NCBI RefSeq assembly: GCF_039654945.1
Contig: NW_027361727.1
Coordinates: forward strand, 19,096,001-19,160,000
From: Dendrobates tinctorius
Lineage: Eukaryota
Direction: 5' to 3'
Length of the DNA: 64,000 nt
Positions within the stretch are counted from its first letter, which is position 1. Every line of letters starts with the position of its first letter. A program made the translations under genes and the position numbers. Below are positions 62,601 through 64,000 of the stretch, piece by piece. The notes beneath the pieces were generated by a model. The model had not been told where the DNA came from. It was given only the letters and a program-made list of their open reading frames with translations, and searched no databases.

Positions 62601-64000
62601 TTCAGATCTGTTTCTCGGTGGCTCGACAATATAATAAAGTGGTGGAGGAATAATGGCCCCCCAAAATGCAAGTAAATCATCAAATTTAAGCAATAGTGCC
62701 CAAATTGTCAGTCCATTTGGAGAGGATTTGGGGCGATTGTCTTATTAATTTCAACAGTGCAGATCAACTATGGAGACCCCTGTATGATGGCACTGAAGAT
62801 TGCTAGGAGAAGCTTTCTTTGGTGAATATACAGATATATATATATATATGCACATATTACATGGGAAATGTCTGTGTATATCGTTGTATATGATCTTGAA
62901 GGGGGATTTGTTTTGTGTTACTGTTCTTTATTATCAGAGTTAAAGAAGGCAACTGAATTTGCACCCGACCCTCATCCAGAAACGTGAGACCGCCGTCTTA
63001 TTGTACTTTATTGTTCTTGTACTATTGAGAAAAGAATCTGATATGGAAACTGTGCCATAGATGATGGAGTTGTGAGGATATGTCATATATTTACAGATCT
63101 GTCACTGAATGATGCTGTCAGAGATTGAGACAAGGTGATTTGTAGTTTACTATGAGGATGAGGTGAGTGGAGGGAAGGGTTTTCTCACTTTATTTTTTCA
63201 GATCCAGTTTTTATCAGTGTCTCTGCAAAAGAAATTAAAACATGGTGTAGGACTGCAGCCCCTGTGTTCTGAAAGTGACTCTGTAACCATGAGCAGCAGT
63301 GTGTCCACATTGTCCGATAAGTTTGAGGCGATTTGTCTTATTGATCTCAGCAGCCAGTTCTGGTATGGAAACCCTTGGATGAAGGCACTGAAGATGATTG
63401 GAAACCTGCATACTGTGTAGAATACAGTCACATATATTATATTTGAATTGGGGGGGGGGGGGGGGGTCTTCTTTTCCCGTTCTTTTATCTTTAGAATTGA
63501 AGAAGGCAACTTTATTTGGCACAGGACCACCATCCAGAAATGTGAGACCACCATCTTATTTATTAATCCTATAGCACAAAGAAAAGCTCTTTATGTGAAA
63601 ATGTTATTGTCAGAAATTGTTGTAATTTGGGTGATGATGGAGACTTTCCAGTGTTCTGTATAGATCTGTGACCGCATTCAGTTTCACTGAAGACTGCGAG
63701 CAGCTTACTGTGGTGAATATACAGATATATATATGCACATATTACATGGGAAATGTCCGTATATATTGTTGTATATGATCTTGAAGGGGGATTTGTTTTG
63801 TGTCACTGTTCTTTATTATCAGAGTTAAAGAAGGCATCTGAATTTGGTGCTGGACCCTCATCCAGAAACGTGAGACCACCGTCATATTGTACTTTAATGT
63901 TCTTATACTATTGAGATGATAATTTGATATGGAAATAGTGCCATAGATGATGGAGTTGTGGTGAGGATATGTCATAGACATATCTTCAGATCTGTCACTG

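Larger units (their letters stand above)
46146..64000 (+). ncRNA. Putative long non-coding transcription unit (right arm; lncRNA or piRNA-precursor candidate)
   Basis: T/G-rich plus strand; numerous plus-strand acceptors and donors (47702, 48285, 49253, 49321, 49437, 49703, 50908, 52562); no recognisable coding ORF. Confidence 0.45.
52750..64000 (+). repeat. Degenerate tandem array of ~21 modules (~550-600 bp when complete), running off the window
   Basis: Ordered conserved blocks: GAG|GTGAGTGCAGG..TTTTCAG|AT, GAGGAATGCAGCCC, TCAGATAAGTTGGAG, CCCTGTATGATGGCACTGAAGATTGC, CTTACTGTGGT, GGGGGTTGTTTTGC, CCATCCAGAAATGTGAGACCACCATCTT, ACAGATCT. Confidence 0.9.

Noticed and set aside
52750-64000. 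Tandem C/D box snoRNA cluster (ATGATGG...CTGA)
   Set aside because: C-like and D boxes are only 2 nt apart, with no guide region or terminal stem; C box is usually imperfect.
52750-64000. Ig/TCR J- or V-segment array (TACTGTG heptamer-like motif plus splice donor)
   Set aside because: No nonamer at 12/23 spacing, no FGxG/WGxG coding segment, and the donor is far from the heptamer-like motif.
52750-64000. 5S rDNA, tRNA, TAS2R, kinase, LRR or C2H2 zinc-finger array
   Set aside because: Only isolated short resemblances (GCAGGGTCGGG, PSLHS, DLK, GNPW, HTG) that are out of order or not shared between copies.

Overview
Eukaryotic, repeat-dense genomic DNA, most likely anuran (frog); the taxon is inferred from the repeat complement (DIRS, Harbinger/Kolobok/hAT MITEs, CR1, Rex1-like LINE, Penelope hammerhead, sushi-type chromovirus). 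I found no host protein-coding gene I can identify, and no rRNA, tRNA or CRISPR array. There are three zones. (1) About 440-8300 is mostly unique non-coding DNA with splice signals on the minus strand, downstream of a leftward TATA/Inr promoter at ~7926-8000. (2) About 8400-45030 is a pile of nested transposons: a solo LTR carrying a Penelope hammerhead, a CR1 RT, a Rex1-like LINE, a non-autonomous tRNA-Ser-primed LTR element containing a full-length self-priming chromovirus, and a 12.7-kb hAT element that is almost entirely a 32-bp satellite. (3) About 45030-64000 has a rightward TATA promoter and a GC-box/CRE/MYB cluster, followed by non-coding DNA with plus-strand splice signals and, from ~52750, a degenerate tandem array of ~21 modules (~560 bp when complete). 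Most modules carry a length-conserved ~40-nt GT...AG 'micro-intron', and similar 30-55-nt elements occur on the predicted sense strand of both arms. My main hypothesis (inference, untested) is a divergently transcribed non-coding locus, possibly a pachytene-type piRNA cluster, whose centre has been inflated by transposons and whose transcripts carry introns too short for normal vertebrate splicing.
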